Origin: an uncultured Actinomycetota bacterium
GTDB taxonomy: Bacteria; Actinomycetota; Actinomycetes; Propionibacteriales; Nocardioidaceae
Reading direction: 5' to 3'
Length of the DNA stretch: 64,000 nucleotides
Assembly: GCA_963805685.1 (NCBI GenBank)
Contig: CAWDVM010000012.1
Location: 31,614-95,613 of the forward strand
The notes under the pieces are model-generated. The model searched no databases. It was not told the origin of the DNA and saw only the letters and a program-made list of their open reading frames with translations. The stretch's first letter is position 1, and the number at the start of each line of letters is the position of its first letter. A program made the translations under genes and the position numbers. This document shows positions 31,010 through 40,176 of this stretch, piece by piece.

Positions 31010-31669
31010 ATGCTGCAAGACCTCCTGTCGAGCATCCTCGGCAACCTCGGCGGCCCGGCCCGTCTGGGCCTCGACGTGCTGTCGATGCTCGTGCTGGTCG
31101 GCCTCCTCTACCGCCGCCGCGCGGCAGCCCCCGAGATGACGCTCGTGTTCACCGCCCTCAACATCGGCCTGTTCGCGGCGGTGTCGGCGATCGGCTCGGG
31201 CAGCTTCCCGACCGGGATCGGGTTCGGCCTCTTCGGCCTGCTCAGCCTGGTCCGGCTGCGCTCCGCGGCGTTCACGCTCAAGGACGTCGCCTACACGTTC
31301 GTGGCGCTGATCCTCGCCCTGGTCAACGGCCTGCCGGAGCGCAACCTCGCGCTCGTCGTCGCCCTCGACGCGGTGCTGCTCGTCGCGATCTGGCTGACCG
31401 ACGAGTCCCGGGTCACCCGGCCGACCCGGATCGTGCGGCTCACCCTGGACCGGGCCCTCACCGACACCGAGGCGGTCACCGCCGAGGTGCGCGAGCGGAT
31501 GGGGATCGAGCCGGTCGGGCTCACCGTCGACGACGTGGACTTCGTCCGGGACACCACCCGGGTCCGGGTGCGGGTCACCGTCGAGGACACCTGGTGGGCC
31601 TGGGCCGACGCCCAGGCGGTCACCGCCCGTGCCGATGCCGCCGAGAGCGAGGCCGCCGATGCTCGCTGA
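31010..31669 (+). CDS. DUF4956-family membrane protein
   Basis: GIGFGLFGLLSLVRLRS, DVAYTFVALILALVNGL; directly upstream of the VTC gene. Confidence 0.8.
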   Translation: MLQDLLSSILGNLGGPARLGLDVLSMLVLVGLLYRRRAAAPEMTLVFTALNIGLFAAVSAIGSGSFPTGIGFGLFGLLSLVRLRSAAFTLKDVAYTFVALILALVNGLPERNLALVVALDAVLLVAIWLTDESRVTRPTRIVRLTLDRALTDTEAVTAEVRERMGIEPVGLTVDDVDFVRDTTRVRVRVTVEDTWWAWADAQAVTARADAAESEAADAR

Positions 31670-32450
31670 CCGCATCCGCCCCGTCCCCGTGGACGTGTCC
31701 GACCGCGCCGGCGTCGGCCTCGGCGAGGTCGTCCAGGAGGCGGCCAACCTGACCCGGGTCGACCGCAAGTACCTCGTCGACCGCCGCCTGGCCGAGTCGT
31801 TCCTGACCCTGCTCCCGGCGTCCTTCCGGGTGCTGACGATCGACGGACGCCGGTCCACGTCGTACTCCTCGGTCTACTTCGACACCCCGCGCCTCGACGC
31901 GTGCCGCGACCACGTGCAGCGGCGCCGCCGCCGGTGGAAGGTCCGCAGCCGGATGTACGTCGAGGACCGGCTCTGCCGCTTCGAGGTCAAGACCCGCGAC
32001 GGCCGCGGTGTGACCCAGAAGCACGTCACCGTGAGCCACCCCGACCAGCACGGCCTGCTCGGCTCCGACGAGGCCGCCTTCATCACCGCCGCCCTCCGCG
32101 AGCACGGCGTGGACGTGGACGTCGCCACGCTGGCGCCGTCGATGCGGGTGGACTACGAACGGCTCACGCTCGCCGACACCGCGGCCGGGCTGCGGGTCAC
32201 GCTCGACTGGGGCGTGGAGTGCTCGCTGGACGGCGGCCGCGTGTGGGTCGACGACGACTGGGTGCTCGTCGAGACCAAGGGCGGCCTGCGCCCCTCGCCG
32301 GCCGACGCCCTGCTCGGCTCGCTGGGCGCGCGCCCGCGCTCCTTCTCCAAGTACGTGTCCGCCGCCTCGCTGCTGCGCGAGGACATCCCCGACAACGACG
32401 TCCGCCGCCTGCGCGGCCGGCAGCTCCACCTCCAGGAGGCCATCGCATGA
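31659..32450 (+). CDS. VTC-domain (polyphosphate polymerase-like, CYTH fold) protein
   Basis: RVDRKYL, YSSVYFDT, RRWKVRSRMY, FEVKTR, RVTLD, VETK, FSKY. Confidence 0.85.
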   Translation: MLADRIRPVPVDVSDRAGVGLGEVVQEAANLTRVDRKYLVDRRLAESFLTLLPASFRVLTIDGRRSTSYSSVYFDTPRLDACRDHVQRRRRRWKVRSRMYVEDRLCRFEVKTRDGRGVTQKHVTVSHPDQHGLLGSDEAAFITAALREHGVDVDVATLAPSMRVDYERLTLADTAAGLRVTLDWGVECSLDGGRVWVDDDWVLVETKGGLRPSPADALLGSLGARPRSFSKYVSAASLLREDIPDNDVRRLRGRQLHLQEAIA

Positions 32451-33316
32451 AGTCCGCCACCACCCGGAAGCGCGGGTCCCGCAAGTTCGTCGTGATCGCG
32501 GTGGTCGCCGTGCTCGCCGTCCTGGGCGGGGCCGTCGAGCCGTGGGCCTACGCGACCTTCGTCAACACCTCGGCCAAGGACCGGATCGAGGCCGACCCGC
32601 CGCCCACGCTCTTCCCCGACTCCGACATCCGTCCCCTCGAGCACCGGGTCGACGCCCAGCCGGCCCGCGCCGAGCGGCTGATGGCCGGCTGGTGGAGCCG
32701 GCACGGCGCCACCGCCGACGACGCGGCGTTCGTCAGCTGGCTGGAGCAGACCCTCCCGGCGCCGCCGTCGGCCTCACGCCGGGCCCGGGAGATCAAGGAG
32801 GTCCAGGCCATCGCCCCCCGGCGGACCGACGCGGGCGTCACCGCCGCGACCTGGCTGGAGTCCTACGGCAAGGACGACATCTGGAAGCTGGCCGCCCACG
32901 ACCAGGCCGAGATGCTCCCGACCGCCACCGGCGAGGCGCTGAAGAACCACGTCGACGACGCGATCACGATGGCCAAGGACGTGGCCGACGCCCTCGGCAC
33001 CCAGTACCAGCAGTCCGCGCCGTACGTCATCGACCCCTCGCTGCGCACCGACCACACGGTCGTCGAGGGCCAGGTGTGCCCCTGCTCCTACCCGTCTCGG
33101 CACGCGGCGGAGGGCGCGGCCGCGTCGACCTACCTGACCGAGACCGCGCCGCACCGGGCGGCCGACTACCGCTGGATGCTGGCCGAGGTCGCCTGGTCGC
33201 GGGTCTACATGGCCGGCCACGTGCCCAGCGACATCACCGCCGGCGCCCTGCTGGGCGACATGATCGGGGAGTACTTCCTGGTCACCCGCGGGCAGATGCC
33301 CGAACCGGGGGCATGA
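32447..33316 (+). CDS. Membrane-anchored/secreted PAP2-superfamily phosphatase-like protein
   Basis: N-terminal basic stretch plus TM; SYPSRH and SRVYMAGHVPSDITAG motifs; ATGA-coupled to the VTC gene. Confidence 0.75.
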   Translation: MKSATTRKRGSRKFVVIAVVAVLAVLGGAVEPWAYATFVNTSAKDRIEADPPPTLFPDSDIRPLEHRVDAQPARAERLMAGWWSRHGATADDAAFVSWLEQTLPAPPSASRRAREIKEVQAIAPRRTDAGVTAATWLESYGKDDIWKLAAHDQAEMLPTATGEALKNHVDDAITMAKDVADALGTQYQQSAPYVIDPSLRTDHTVVEGQVCPCSYPSRHAAEGAAASTYLTETAPHRAADYRWMLAEVAWSRVYMAGHVPSDITAGALLGDMIGEYFLVTRGQMPEPGA

Positions 33317-33344
33317 CCTCCGGTCCCAGTCGATCAGCCTCCGG

Positions 33345-34004
33345 TCAGCCGATCAGCCGGCCGCGCACCTGCGCGGGCTGCTGGTAGCCGATCGGGTTGT
33401 GGTGGCCGTCGAGGGCGACGACCACCGAGCGGTCGCCGAGGTCGAGCACGATCTCGTCGGCCTCGATCGCGGACACCTCGCCGCGGATGAGGTAGAGGTC
33501 GCCCTCGAGCTTGTCCAGGGCCGAGCCGGGCTTGCACCGCTCGACGTCGCCGGTCGCCACGGCCCGCAGCTGCGGGCGCAGCGAGCCGCGGAAGCGCCAG
33601 GCCAGGGCGACCATGACCAGCAGCGCGAGGTCGGCCAGCAGGGTGATCACCAGGCCGAGCCGGCCCGTCACCTGCCCGTCCACCGTGTACGCCGAGGGCT
33701 GGTCCGGCAGCACCCGCACGTCCAGGGTCCGGGAGGCGACGGCCTCGTCGTACGACGCCTTGTCGAGCTGGACCGGCCACGCGTGCTGGTCGGGGTCGAT
33801 CTCCCGGCTGAGCCGGAAGGACACGTAGTACTCCGGGTCGTCCGCGGACCCGAGCACGTCGTGCCCCACGACCGGGGCGGTCACGTCGGTGCCCGAGCGC
33901 TCCACCTTCCACCGCGTCCAGGTGCTGTGGACGATCGGAAGGTTGATCATGGTGACCAGGAGCAGCACGAGCAGCACCGCCTTGGGGCGGGGGCGTCGCT
34001 TCAT
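33345..34004 (-). CDS. Hypothetical membrane protein (2 TM)
   Basis: 219-aa ORF with typical high-GC codon pattern and two hydrophobic segments. Confidence 0.65.
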   Translation of the reverse strand: MKRRPRPKAVLLVLLLVTMINLPIVHSTWTRWKVERSGTDVTAPVVGHDVLGSADDPEYYVSFRLSREIDPDQHAWPVQLDKASYDEAVASRTLDVRVLPDQPSAYTVDGQVTGRLGLVITLLADLALLVMVALAWRFRGSLRPQLRAVATGDVERCKPGSALDKLEGDLYLIRGEVSAIEADEIVLDLGDRSVVVALDGHHNPIGYQQPAQVRGRLIG

Positions 34005-34055
34005 GAGGGCCAGTATCCCGGGTCGTCAGGACGCGACGACACGAAGGGAGCCGAG

Positions 34056-34466
34056 ATGACGAAGCCCGCCGTGGGAGACACCGCCGAGCTCAGCCGCCGG
34101 GTGAGCGCCGAGGACATCCTGCGCTTCACCGAGATCAGCGGCGACCGCAACCCGCTGCACTACGACGAGGAGGCCGCGGCCGCCTCCCGGTTCGGCCAGA
34201 TCGTGGTCCAGGGCGGCGTCACCAGCGCGATCCTCAACGCCGTGGTGGCGGAGCGGCTGCCCGGGCCGGGCACGGTCTTCCTCAACGTCACCTGGGACTT
34301 CAAGGCCCCGGTCCGTCCCGGCGACACGATCACCGGCAGGGTCGAGGTGACCGCGGTCCGCGAGGACAAGCCGATCACCGAGCTGCGGACCTCGGTGGTC
34401 CGCGACGACGGGACCGTGGTGCTCGAGGGCACGGCCGTCACCTGGACGATGGACCTCGGCGGCTGA
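34056..34466 (+). CDS. MaoC-family dehydratase (hot-dog fold)
   Basis: FTEISGDRNPLHYD, LPGPGTVFL, FKAPVRPGD. Confidence 0.88.
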   Translation: MTKPAVGDTAELSRRVSAEDILRFTEISGDRNPLHYDEEAAAASRFGQIVVQGGVTSAILNAVVAERLPGPGTVFLNVTWDFKAPVRPGDTITGRVEVTAVREDKPITELRTSVVRDDGTVVLEGTAVTWTMDLGG

Positions 34467-34472
34467 GCCCTC

Positions 34473-34928
34473 GTGGACGTGGTCCCCTTCCGGATCTGGC
34501 CGCCGGTGGCGCTCGGCGTCCCGCTGGCCGCGGGGGTCGCCGTCACCCTCGCGTGGGGCGACCCCGTCACGCTGCCCGCGGCCCGGCGCCCGGTCGGCTG
34601 GGTGCTCCTGCTCGGCTTCGCCTGCTGGAACGGCTGGTCGCTCTGGCTCTTCCGGCGGCACCGGACCGGCCTGCTCCCCGGGCAGCCGACGACGGGCCTG
34701 GTCGAGGAGGGTCCGTTCGCCCGGTCCCGCAACCCGCTCTACCTCGGGCTCGTGGTCCTCGACGTCGCGATCGCGCTGCTGGTGCCGTCGGTGTGGGCGC
34801 TGTGCCTGCTCCCCGTGGGCGTCGTCGCGCTGGAGTGGGGAGCCATCAGGCCCGAGGAGCGCTACCTGCGGGCCCGGTTCGGCCCGGCGTACGACGACTA
34901 CGCCGGGCGCGTCCGGCGCTGGCTGTGA
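34473..34928 (+). CDS. Isoprenylcysteine carboxylmethyltransferase / PEMT-family membrane protein
   Basis: GPFARSRNPLYLG, EERYLRARFG, YAGRVRRWL. Confidence 0.85.
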   Translation: MDVVPFRIWPPVALGVPLAAGVAVTLAWGDPVTLPAARRPVGWVLLLGFACWNGWSLWLFRRHRTGLLPGQPTTGLVEEGPFARSRNPLYLGLVVLDVAIALLVPSVWALCLLPVGVVALEWGAIRPEERYLRARFGPAYDDYAGRVRRWL

Positions 34929-34967
34929 CGCGACGACGCAGTCGTCGCCGGGAGGGCGGGGCCGGGG

Positions 34968-35576
34968 CTACGCCGTGCCCAGCGCGGTGGCGAGCAGGCG
35001 CCGCAGCACCCCGAGCTGCGCCCGCATGTGCTCGGGGGTGCCGGTCGAGCGGCACAGCAGGAACGCCCCCTCGAACGTCACGAACACGTGGTCGGCCAGC
35101 GCGTCGACGTCGCCGAGGTCGAGGTCGCGGGACGTCGCGGCGGCCGTGAGGAGGTCGGCGATCTCCTTGCGCCAGACCTCGATGGCGTGGTTGATCAGGT
35201 CGGCGGTGCCGTTGGAGACCAGCTGCTGCTCGGTGAGCACGGCGACGTAGAGGCAGTTGCTCTGCGCGGACATGATCTCCTCGGCCGCGGCCTCGAAGTG
35301 GCGGACGAACGCGACGACCCGCTCCGCGGGATCGGCGACCGAGGCGGTGGCGTCGAGGGCCGCACGCAGCTGGCCGATGTCCGCGGTGACGTACCGCTCC
35401 GTCAGGGCCCGCGCGAGGTCGAGCTTGGAGTCGAAGTGGTGGAAGAAGGCGCCCTTGGAGGTCCCGGCGGCCTTGAGCACCTGGTCGACGGAGGTGGCCG
35501 CGAAGCCGTTCTCGATCACCAGGTGCTGGGCGGCATCGAGGATCCGTTCGCGATTGATCGCCCCGTTTTTCGGCAT
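34968..35576 (-). CDS. TetR-family regulator
   Basis: RERILDAA, TSKGAFFHHFDSK. Confidence 0.9.
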   Translation of the reverse strand: MPKNGAINRERILDAAQHLVIENGFAATSVDQVLKAAGTSKGAFFHHFDSKLDLARALTERYVTADIGQLRAALDATASVADPAERVVAFVRHFEAAAEEIMSAQSNCLYVAVLTEQQLVSNGTADLINHAIEVWRKEIADLLTAAATSRDLDLGDVDALADHVFVTFEGAFLLCRSTGTPEHMRAQLGVLRRLLATALGTA

Positions 35577-35588
35577 ACCCCCTTGTAT

Positions 35589-35630
35589 CAGACCAAACGG
35601 TCTGTTACAAACAGACCAATCAGTCTGTTT
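35589..35630. promoter_or_regulatory. Two tandem palindromic TetR operators in the divergent promoter
   Basis: CAGACC-AAAC-GGTCTG (35589-35604) and AAACAGAC-N6-GTCTGTTT (35609-35630). Confidence 0.75.
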
Positions 35631-35644
35631 CAAGGAGGAGCACG

Positions 35645-36562
35645 ATGACCACCCCCGAGAACCTCTCCTGGCTGTCCGCCGGCGGCTACGTCAGCGACGG
35701 CGGCCTGGAGACCGACCTGATCTTCAACCGCGGCGTCGACCTGCCCGAGTTCGCGTCGTTCCCGCTCGTCGAGGACGACCGCGGCCGGGGGCTGCTGCGC
35801 GACTACTACGACGGCTATGCCGCCGTCGCCCGCCGGGCCGGTGCCGGCCTCACCCTGGAGTCGCCGACCTGGCGCGCCAACCCCGACTGGGGGGCCAGGG
35901 TCGGGTACGACGCCGCCGCGCTCGACCGCGTGAACCGCGCGGCGATCGGGTTCCTGGACCAGCTGCGTGAGTCCTACACCGACCTCGAGGACGTGCGGAT
36001 CATCGGCACCATCGGCCCCCGCGGCGACGGGTACGTCGCGGGCGAGAAGGCCGATCCGGACGAGGCGGCCGCCTACCACCGCGGTCAGGTGGAGGCGTTC
36101 GCCGACGCGGGCGTCGACGTCGTCGCGGCGTACACGATCACCGGGCCCGAGGAGGGCATCGGGATCGCCCGTGCCGCCCGGCAGGCCGGCGTGCCGGTGC
36201 TGGTGGGCTTCACCGTCGAGACCGACGGCCGGCTGCCGGACGGCACTCCGCTGCGCGAGGCGGTGGCCCTCGTCGAGGCCGAGGACGCGCCCGACGGGTT
36301 CATCGTCAACTGCGCCCACCCCACCCACATCGCGCCCGCTCTCGAGGACGGCGACTGGCTCGGCCGGATCGTCCAGGTCAACCCGAACGCGTCCACCCTC
36401 ACCCACGCCGAGCTCGACGCCGCCGAGGAGCTCGACGCGGGCGACCTCGGCCTGCTGACCGCGTCGTACGACGCCCTCCGCGCGCAGCTCCCCGGGCTGG
36501 CCGTGGTCGGCGGCTGCTGCGGCACCGACGCACGTCACGTCGCCGCCCTCTGGGGCGTGTGA
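35645..36562 (+). CDS. Homocysteine S-methyltransferase family protein (stand-alone Zn domain)
   Basis: DGGLET, IVNCAHP, VGGCCGTDARH. Confidence 0.88.
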   Translation: MTTPENLSWLSAGGYVSDGGLETDLIFNRGVDLPEFASFPLVEDDRGRGLLRDYYDGYAAVARRAGAGLTLESPTWRANPDWGARVGYDAAALDRVNRAAIGFLDQLRESYTDLEDVRIIGTIGPRGDGYVAGEKADPDEAAAYHRGQVEAFADAGVDVVAAYTITGPEEGIGIARAARQAGVPVLVGFTVETDGRLPDGTPLREAVALVEAEDAPDGFIVNCAHPTHIAPALEDGDWLGRIVQVNPNASTLTHAELDAAEELDAGDLGLLTASYDALRAQLPGLAVVGGCCGTDARHVAALWGV

Positions 36563-36605
36563 CCCCCGTTCCCTCGCCACCCCCACCCGATCAAGGAGAA
36601 GCACC

Positions 36606-37256
36606 GTGAACACCAGCACCACCTCGACCGCCGACCGACCCAGCACCCGCCAACGGGGCGCGCCACCTGTCGACGGCATCCGCAGGGCCACGCCGGACGA
36701 CGCCGCCGCGATGAGCCGGACCCTCGCCAGCGCGTTCCGCGACGACCCGGTCTTCGGCTGGTGCATGCCCGACGCCCACACGCGGGACCGGCACCTCGCC
36801 CCCTGGTTCCGGGTCGTCGTCGACGCCCTCCTCGAGCACGAGGAGACGTACTGCACCGAGGACGCTGCCGGCGCCGCCCTGTGGGTCCCGGCCGGCGTGG
36901 CACCCCTGACCGAGGAGCAGGAGGCCCAGCTCGGTGCGGTCACCGCCGACATCGGAGAGGCAGAGCTCGCCCGGATCGCGGCGTTGACCGGCGTCATGGA
37001 GGCCCACCACCCGCACGACCCGCACCTCTACCTCTGGTTCGTCGGGGTCCACGCGAGCCGTCAGGGACAGGGATGGGGCGGTCGGCTCCTGGAGTCGCGG
37101 CTGACCCGGGCCGACGAGCAGGCCGTCCCCAGCTACCTCGAGGCGACCAGCGAGCGGAACCGCACGCTGTACGCGCGTCACGGCTTCGAGGTCATCGACG
37201 AGCTCTCCGTCGACGGGTCCCCACCGATGTGGCAGATGTGGCGGGACCCTCGCTAG
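36606..37256 (+). CDS. GNAT-family N-acetyltransferase
   Basis: YLWFVGV, QGQGWGGRLL, YLEATSERNRTLYARHGF. Confidence 0.88.
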   Translation: MNTSTTSTADRPSTRQRGAPPVDGIRRATPDDAAAMSRTLASAFRDDPVFGWCMPDAHTRDRHLAPWFRVVVDALLEHEETYCTEDAAGAALWVPAGVAPLTEEQEAQLGAVTADIGEAELARIAALTGVMEAHHPHDPHLYLWFVGVHASRQGQGWGGRLLESRLTRADEQAVPSYLEATSERNRTLYARHGFEVIDELSVDGSPPMWQMWRDPR

Positions 37257-37376
37257 GCACCCGGAAGGAGTCAGCCGCGGCCCGGAGTCGGGGCCGTCGG
37301 CGGTGACGAGGCCCACCGTTTCACCCGGCCTCACCGTGGGCACTGTCACCGCCATGCTGTCGGGCTCCGGAACGCA

Positions 37377-37406
37377 CGAAGGCCCCGGGATCACCCGGGG
37401 CCTTCG
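37377..37406. terminator. Strong hairpin downstream of tRNA-Leu (probable terminator)
   Basis: CGAAGGCCCCGGG-ATCA-CCCGGGGCCTTCG, perfect 13-bp stem. Confidence 0.7.
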
Positions 37407-37414
37407 ACTGCTTG

Positions 37415-37498
37415 TGCGCGAGGGGGGAGTTGAACCCCCACGCCCTTTCGGGCACACGGACCTGAACCGTGCGCGTCTGCCTATTCCGCCACTCGCGC
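37415..37498 (-). tRNA. tRNA-Leu (CAG), CCA not encoded
   Basis: GCGCGAGTGGCGGAATAGGCAGACGCG CACGG-TTCAGGT-CCGTG, long variable arm, GGTTCAACTCC. Confidence 0.95.
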
Positions 37499-37676
37499 TT
37501 GAAGCGGGCTCAGGCTATCCCAGCGTCCTCGACATTCCCAAACCGGGCAGAGGGCGTGCACCACGGCCTGTGTCGACCCCGTTACGATCGGTCGCGACCC
37601 AGCGCGCGGCTGGGCTCGTCGGCCTGCCGTGGTCGAGGCGGCCGGCTTCGGCCGAGGACGGAAGGAGGCGGGCAGC

Positions 37677-38387
37677 GTGAGCGGACTGTCGCGGTTCGAG
37701 CACAAGCTGGAGGAGATGATCTCCGGTGCCTTCGCCCGGGCGTTCCGCTCGGCGGTGCAGCCGGTGGAGATCTCCGCAGCGCTCCAGCGCGAGTGCGACA
37801 ACAACGCCCAGATCCTCTCCCGGGACCGGCGGATGGTCCCGAACGACTTCCACGTCGAGCTGTCCCAGACCGACCTCGACCGGCTCGCGCCGTACGACAC
37901 CGAGATGGGCGAGGAGCTGGTCAGGCAGCTCGAGGACCACGCGGACCAGCAGAGCTACGTCTTCCCCGGCCCCGTCACCATCGACTTCGAGGCGGCCGAC
38001 GACCTGACGACGGGCCGGTTCCGCATCCGCAGCCGGGCCCAGGCGAAGGTCACCGGCAGCGCCAGCCACACCCAGGTACGCCGCGCCCGCGCGCTGCTCG
38101 AGGTCAACGGCACCCGGCACCCGCTCCAGCCTCCGGGCCTGGTGATCGGCCGCGGGACCGAGGCCGACGTCCGCATCAACGACCCCGGGGTCAGCCGCCG
38201 GCACGTCGAGTTCGTCGTCGAGCCCGGGGACCACACCCGGATCGAGGTGCGCGACCTCGGATCGACCAACGGCATGCACGTCGACGGCCACCGGGTCACC
38301 CACACCGGAGTGCGCGACGGCTCCCAGGTCAAGATCGGCAACACCACGATGACCGTGCACGTCATCGAGGAGGACATGGATGTCTGA
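37677..38387 (+). CDS. fhaA: FhaA (DUF3662 + FHA domain)
   Basis: FARAFRSAVQPVEI, IGRG...DPGVSRRH...DLGSTNG; position next to tRNA-Leu. Confidence 0.9.
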   Translation: MSGLSRFEHKLEEMISGAFARAFRSAVQPVEISAALQRECDNNAQILSRDRRMVPNDFHVELSQTDLDRLAPYDTEMGEELVRQLEDHADQQSYVFPGPVTIDFEAADDLTTGRFRIRSRAQAKVTGSASHTQVRRARALLEVNGTRHPLQPPGLVIGRGTEADVRINDPGVSRRHVEFVVEPGDHTRIEVRDLGSTNGMHVDGHRVTHTGVRDGSQVKIGNTTMTVHVIEEDMDV

Positions 38388-38859
38388 GCTCACCCTGTTC
38401 CTGATCCGGGTGGCCTACCTGGCGATCCTGTGGATCTTCGTCCTCTCGGCGATCTCGGTGATCCGCTCCGACATGTTCGGCGCGCGGGTCCCCGAGGCGG
38501 CCCGCGGTGCGGCCAACCGGAGCCGCAAGCAGCCCAAGGCGGCCAAGCCGCCGACGCGGCGCCGCGGAGCGCCGACCCACGTGCTGGTCACCGAGGGCGC
38601 GAACTCCGGTGAGCGCGCCGACCTGGAGCGGGCACCGATCCTGATCGGGCGCGGCAACGACGCGGCGATCCGGCTCGACGACGACTACGTGTCCACGCGG
38701 CACGCGCGGATCGCCGCCTCGGGCGACCAGTGGTTCGTCGAGGACCTCGGCTCCACCAACGGCACCTACATCGGCAGCGTCCGGATCACCCAGCCCACCA
38801 CGATCAGCCTCGGCACCCAGGTCCGCATCGGCAAGACCATCCTCGAGCTGCGGAAGTAG
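38380..38859 (+). CDS. fhaB: FhaB/FipA membrane FHA protein
   Basis: N-terminal TM, IGRG, DDYVSTRHARI, EDLGSTNGTY. Confidence 0.9.
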   Translation: MSELTLFLIRVAYLAILWIFVLSAISVIRSDMFGARVPEAARGAANRSRKQPKAAKPPTRRRGAPTHVLVTEGANSGERADLERAPILIGRGNDAAIRLDDDYVSTRHARIAASGDQWFVEDLGSTNGTYIGSVRITQPTTISLGTQVRIGKTILELRK

Positions 38860-38865
38860 CTGCGC

Positions 38866-40173
38866 ATGACCCAGCCGACCACCCAGCCGACGACCCGGCC
38901 GACCGCGCCGCTGCGGCTCCAGTTCGCCGCCATCTCCGACGTGGGCCGGGTCCGCAAGGACAACCAGGACTCCGGCTACGCCGGGCCCTGGCTGCTGTCC
39001 GTGTGCGACGGCGTGGGCGGGGCCGCCCGCGGCGACATCGCCTCGAGCACCGCCATCCAGCAGCTCCGCAAGCTCGACGAGCCGCCCACCGAGGACCTGC
39101 TGGGCCAGGTGGCCGGCGCGCTGCACCGGGCCCACGACCGGATCGGCGAGCTGGTCGACGAGGAACCCTCCCTCAACGGCACCAGCACCACCGCCACGGT
39201 CGCCCTCTTCGACGGCACCCGCCTCGGCCTCGGGCACGTCGGCGACAGCCGTGCCTATCTCTACCGCACAGGCGAGATCACGCAGCTCACCAAGGACCAC
39301 ACCTTCGTGCAGAGCCTCATCGACGAGGGCCGCATCACCGAGGACGAGGCACGCGTCCACCCGCACCGCAACCTGATCCTCAAGGCACTCGACGGCATCC
39401 ACGAGGCGGAGCCCGACCTCTTCCACATCGGCCTGGCCGCGGGTGACCGCATCCTGCTGTGCAGCGACGGCGCGTCCGGCGTGCTCGACGACGGCCGGCT
39501 GGCCGACATCCTCTCGACCGGCGGCCCGGACTTCGCCGCGGTCGAGCTGGTCCGCGCCAGCCTGGAGGCCGGCAGCTCCGACAACGTCACCTGCATCGTG
39601 GCCGACGTGGTGGACGGGTCCACCCCGATCGAGGACCCCCAGCCGGTCCTGGTCGGCGCCGCCGCCGAGCTGCGACGGCGTACCCGCAGCGCCAAGGGCA
39701 GCCTCTTCCGCGGCCACCGCTCCGGCGACACCGGCGAGCTCGAGCCGGTCGCCGCCGAGATCCCCGACGACGTGCCGTTCGCCATCTCCAGCGACCCTCT
39801 GGACCCCGAGCAGGCCCGCTACGCCCCGCGCCCGCCGCGCCGGTTCGTGTGGCTCAAGCGGCTGCTCGCGGGGCTGATCGTCCTCGGCCTGCTCTGGATC
39901 GGCATGGCCGCGGCCTGGTCGTGGAGCCAGCAGCAGTACTACGTCGGCGAGCAGGACGGCACCGTCGTCATCTACCGCGGCCTGAACGCCGACCTGCCCG
40001 GCGTCTCGCTGTCCAGCCCCTACGAGACCACCGACATCCAGCTCGCCCGGCTCTCCGCCTTCGACGCGGGCAAGGTCCGCGAGGGGATCGACGCCGGCAG
40101 CCTCGACGACGCCCGGCGCGCCGTCGACAACCTCGCGTCCAAGCAGTCCTCCGACACCACCGCAGGCGGCTGA
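38866..40173 (+). CDS. pstP: PP2C-family Ser/Thr phosphatase
   Basis: SDVGRVRKDNQD, CDGVGG, HVGDSRAY, LLCSDG, SDNVT; C-terminal TM. Confidence 0.92.
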   Translation: MTQPTTQPTTRPTAPLRLQFAAISDVGRVRKDNQDSGYAGPWLLSVCDGVGGAARGDIASSTAIQQLRKLDEPPTEDLLGQVAGALHRAHDRIGELVDEEPSLNGTSTTATVALFDGTRLGLGHVGDSRAYLYRTGEITQLTKDHTFVQSLIDEGRITEDEARVHPHRNLILKALDGIHEAEPDLFHIGLAAGDRILLCSDGASGVLDDGRLADILSTGGPDFAAVELVRASLEAGSSDNVTCIVADVVDGSTPIEDPQPVLVGAAAELRRRTRSAKGSLFRGHRSGDTGELEPVAAEIPDDVPFAISSDPLDPEQARYAPRPPRRFVWLKRLLAGLIVLGLLWIGMAAAWSWSQQQYYVGEQDGTVVIYRGLNADLPGVSLSSPYETTDIQLARLSAFDAGKVREGIDAGSLDDARRAVDNLASKQSSDTTAGG

Positions 40174-40176
40174 GCC

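Noticed and set aside
37415-37498. Integrative element at tRNA-Leu (or at tRNA-Ala)
   Set aside because: No integrase gene and no duplicated tRNA 3' end seen in the window.
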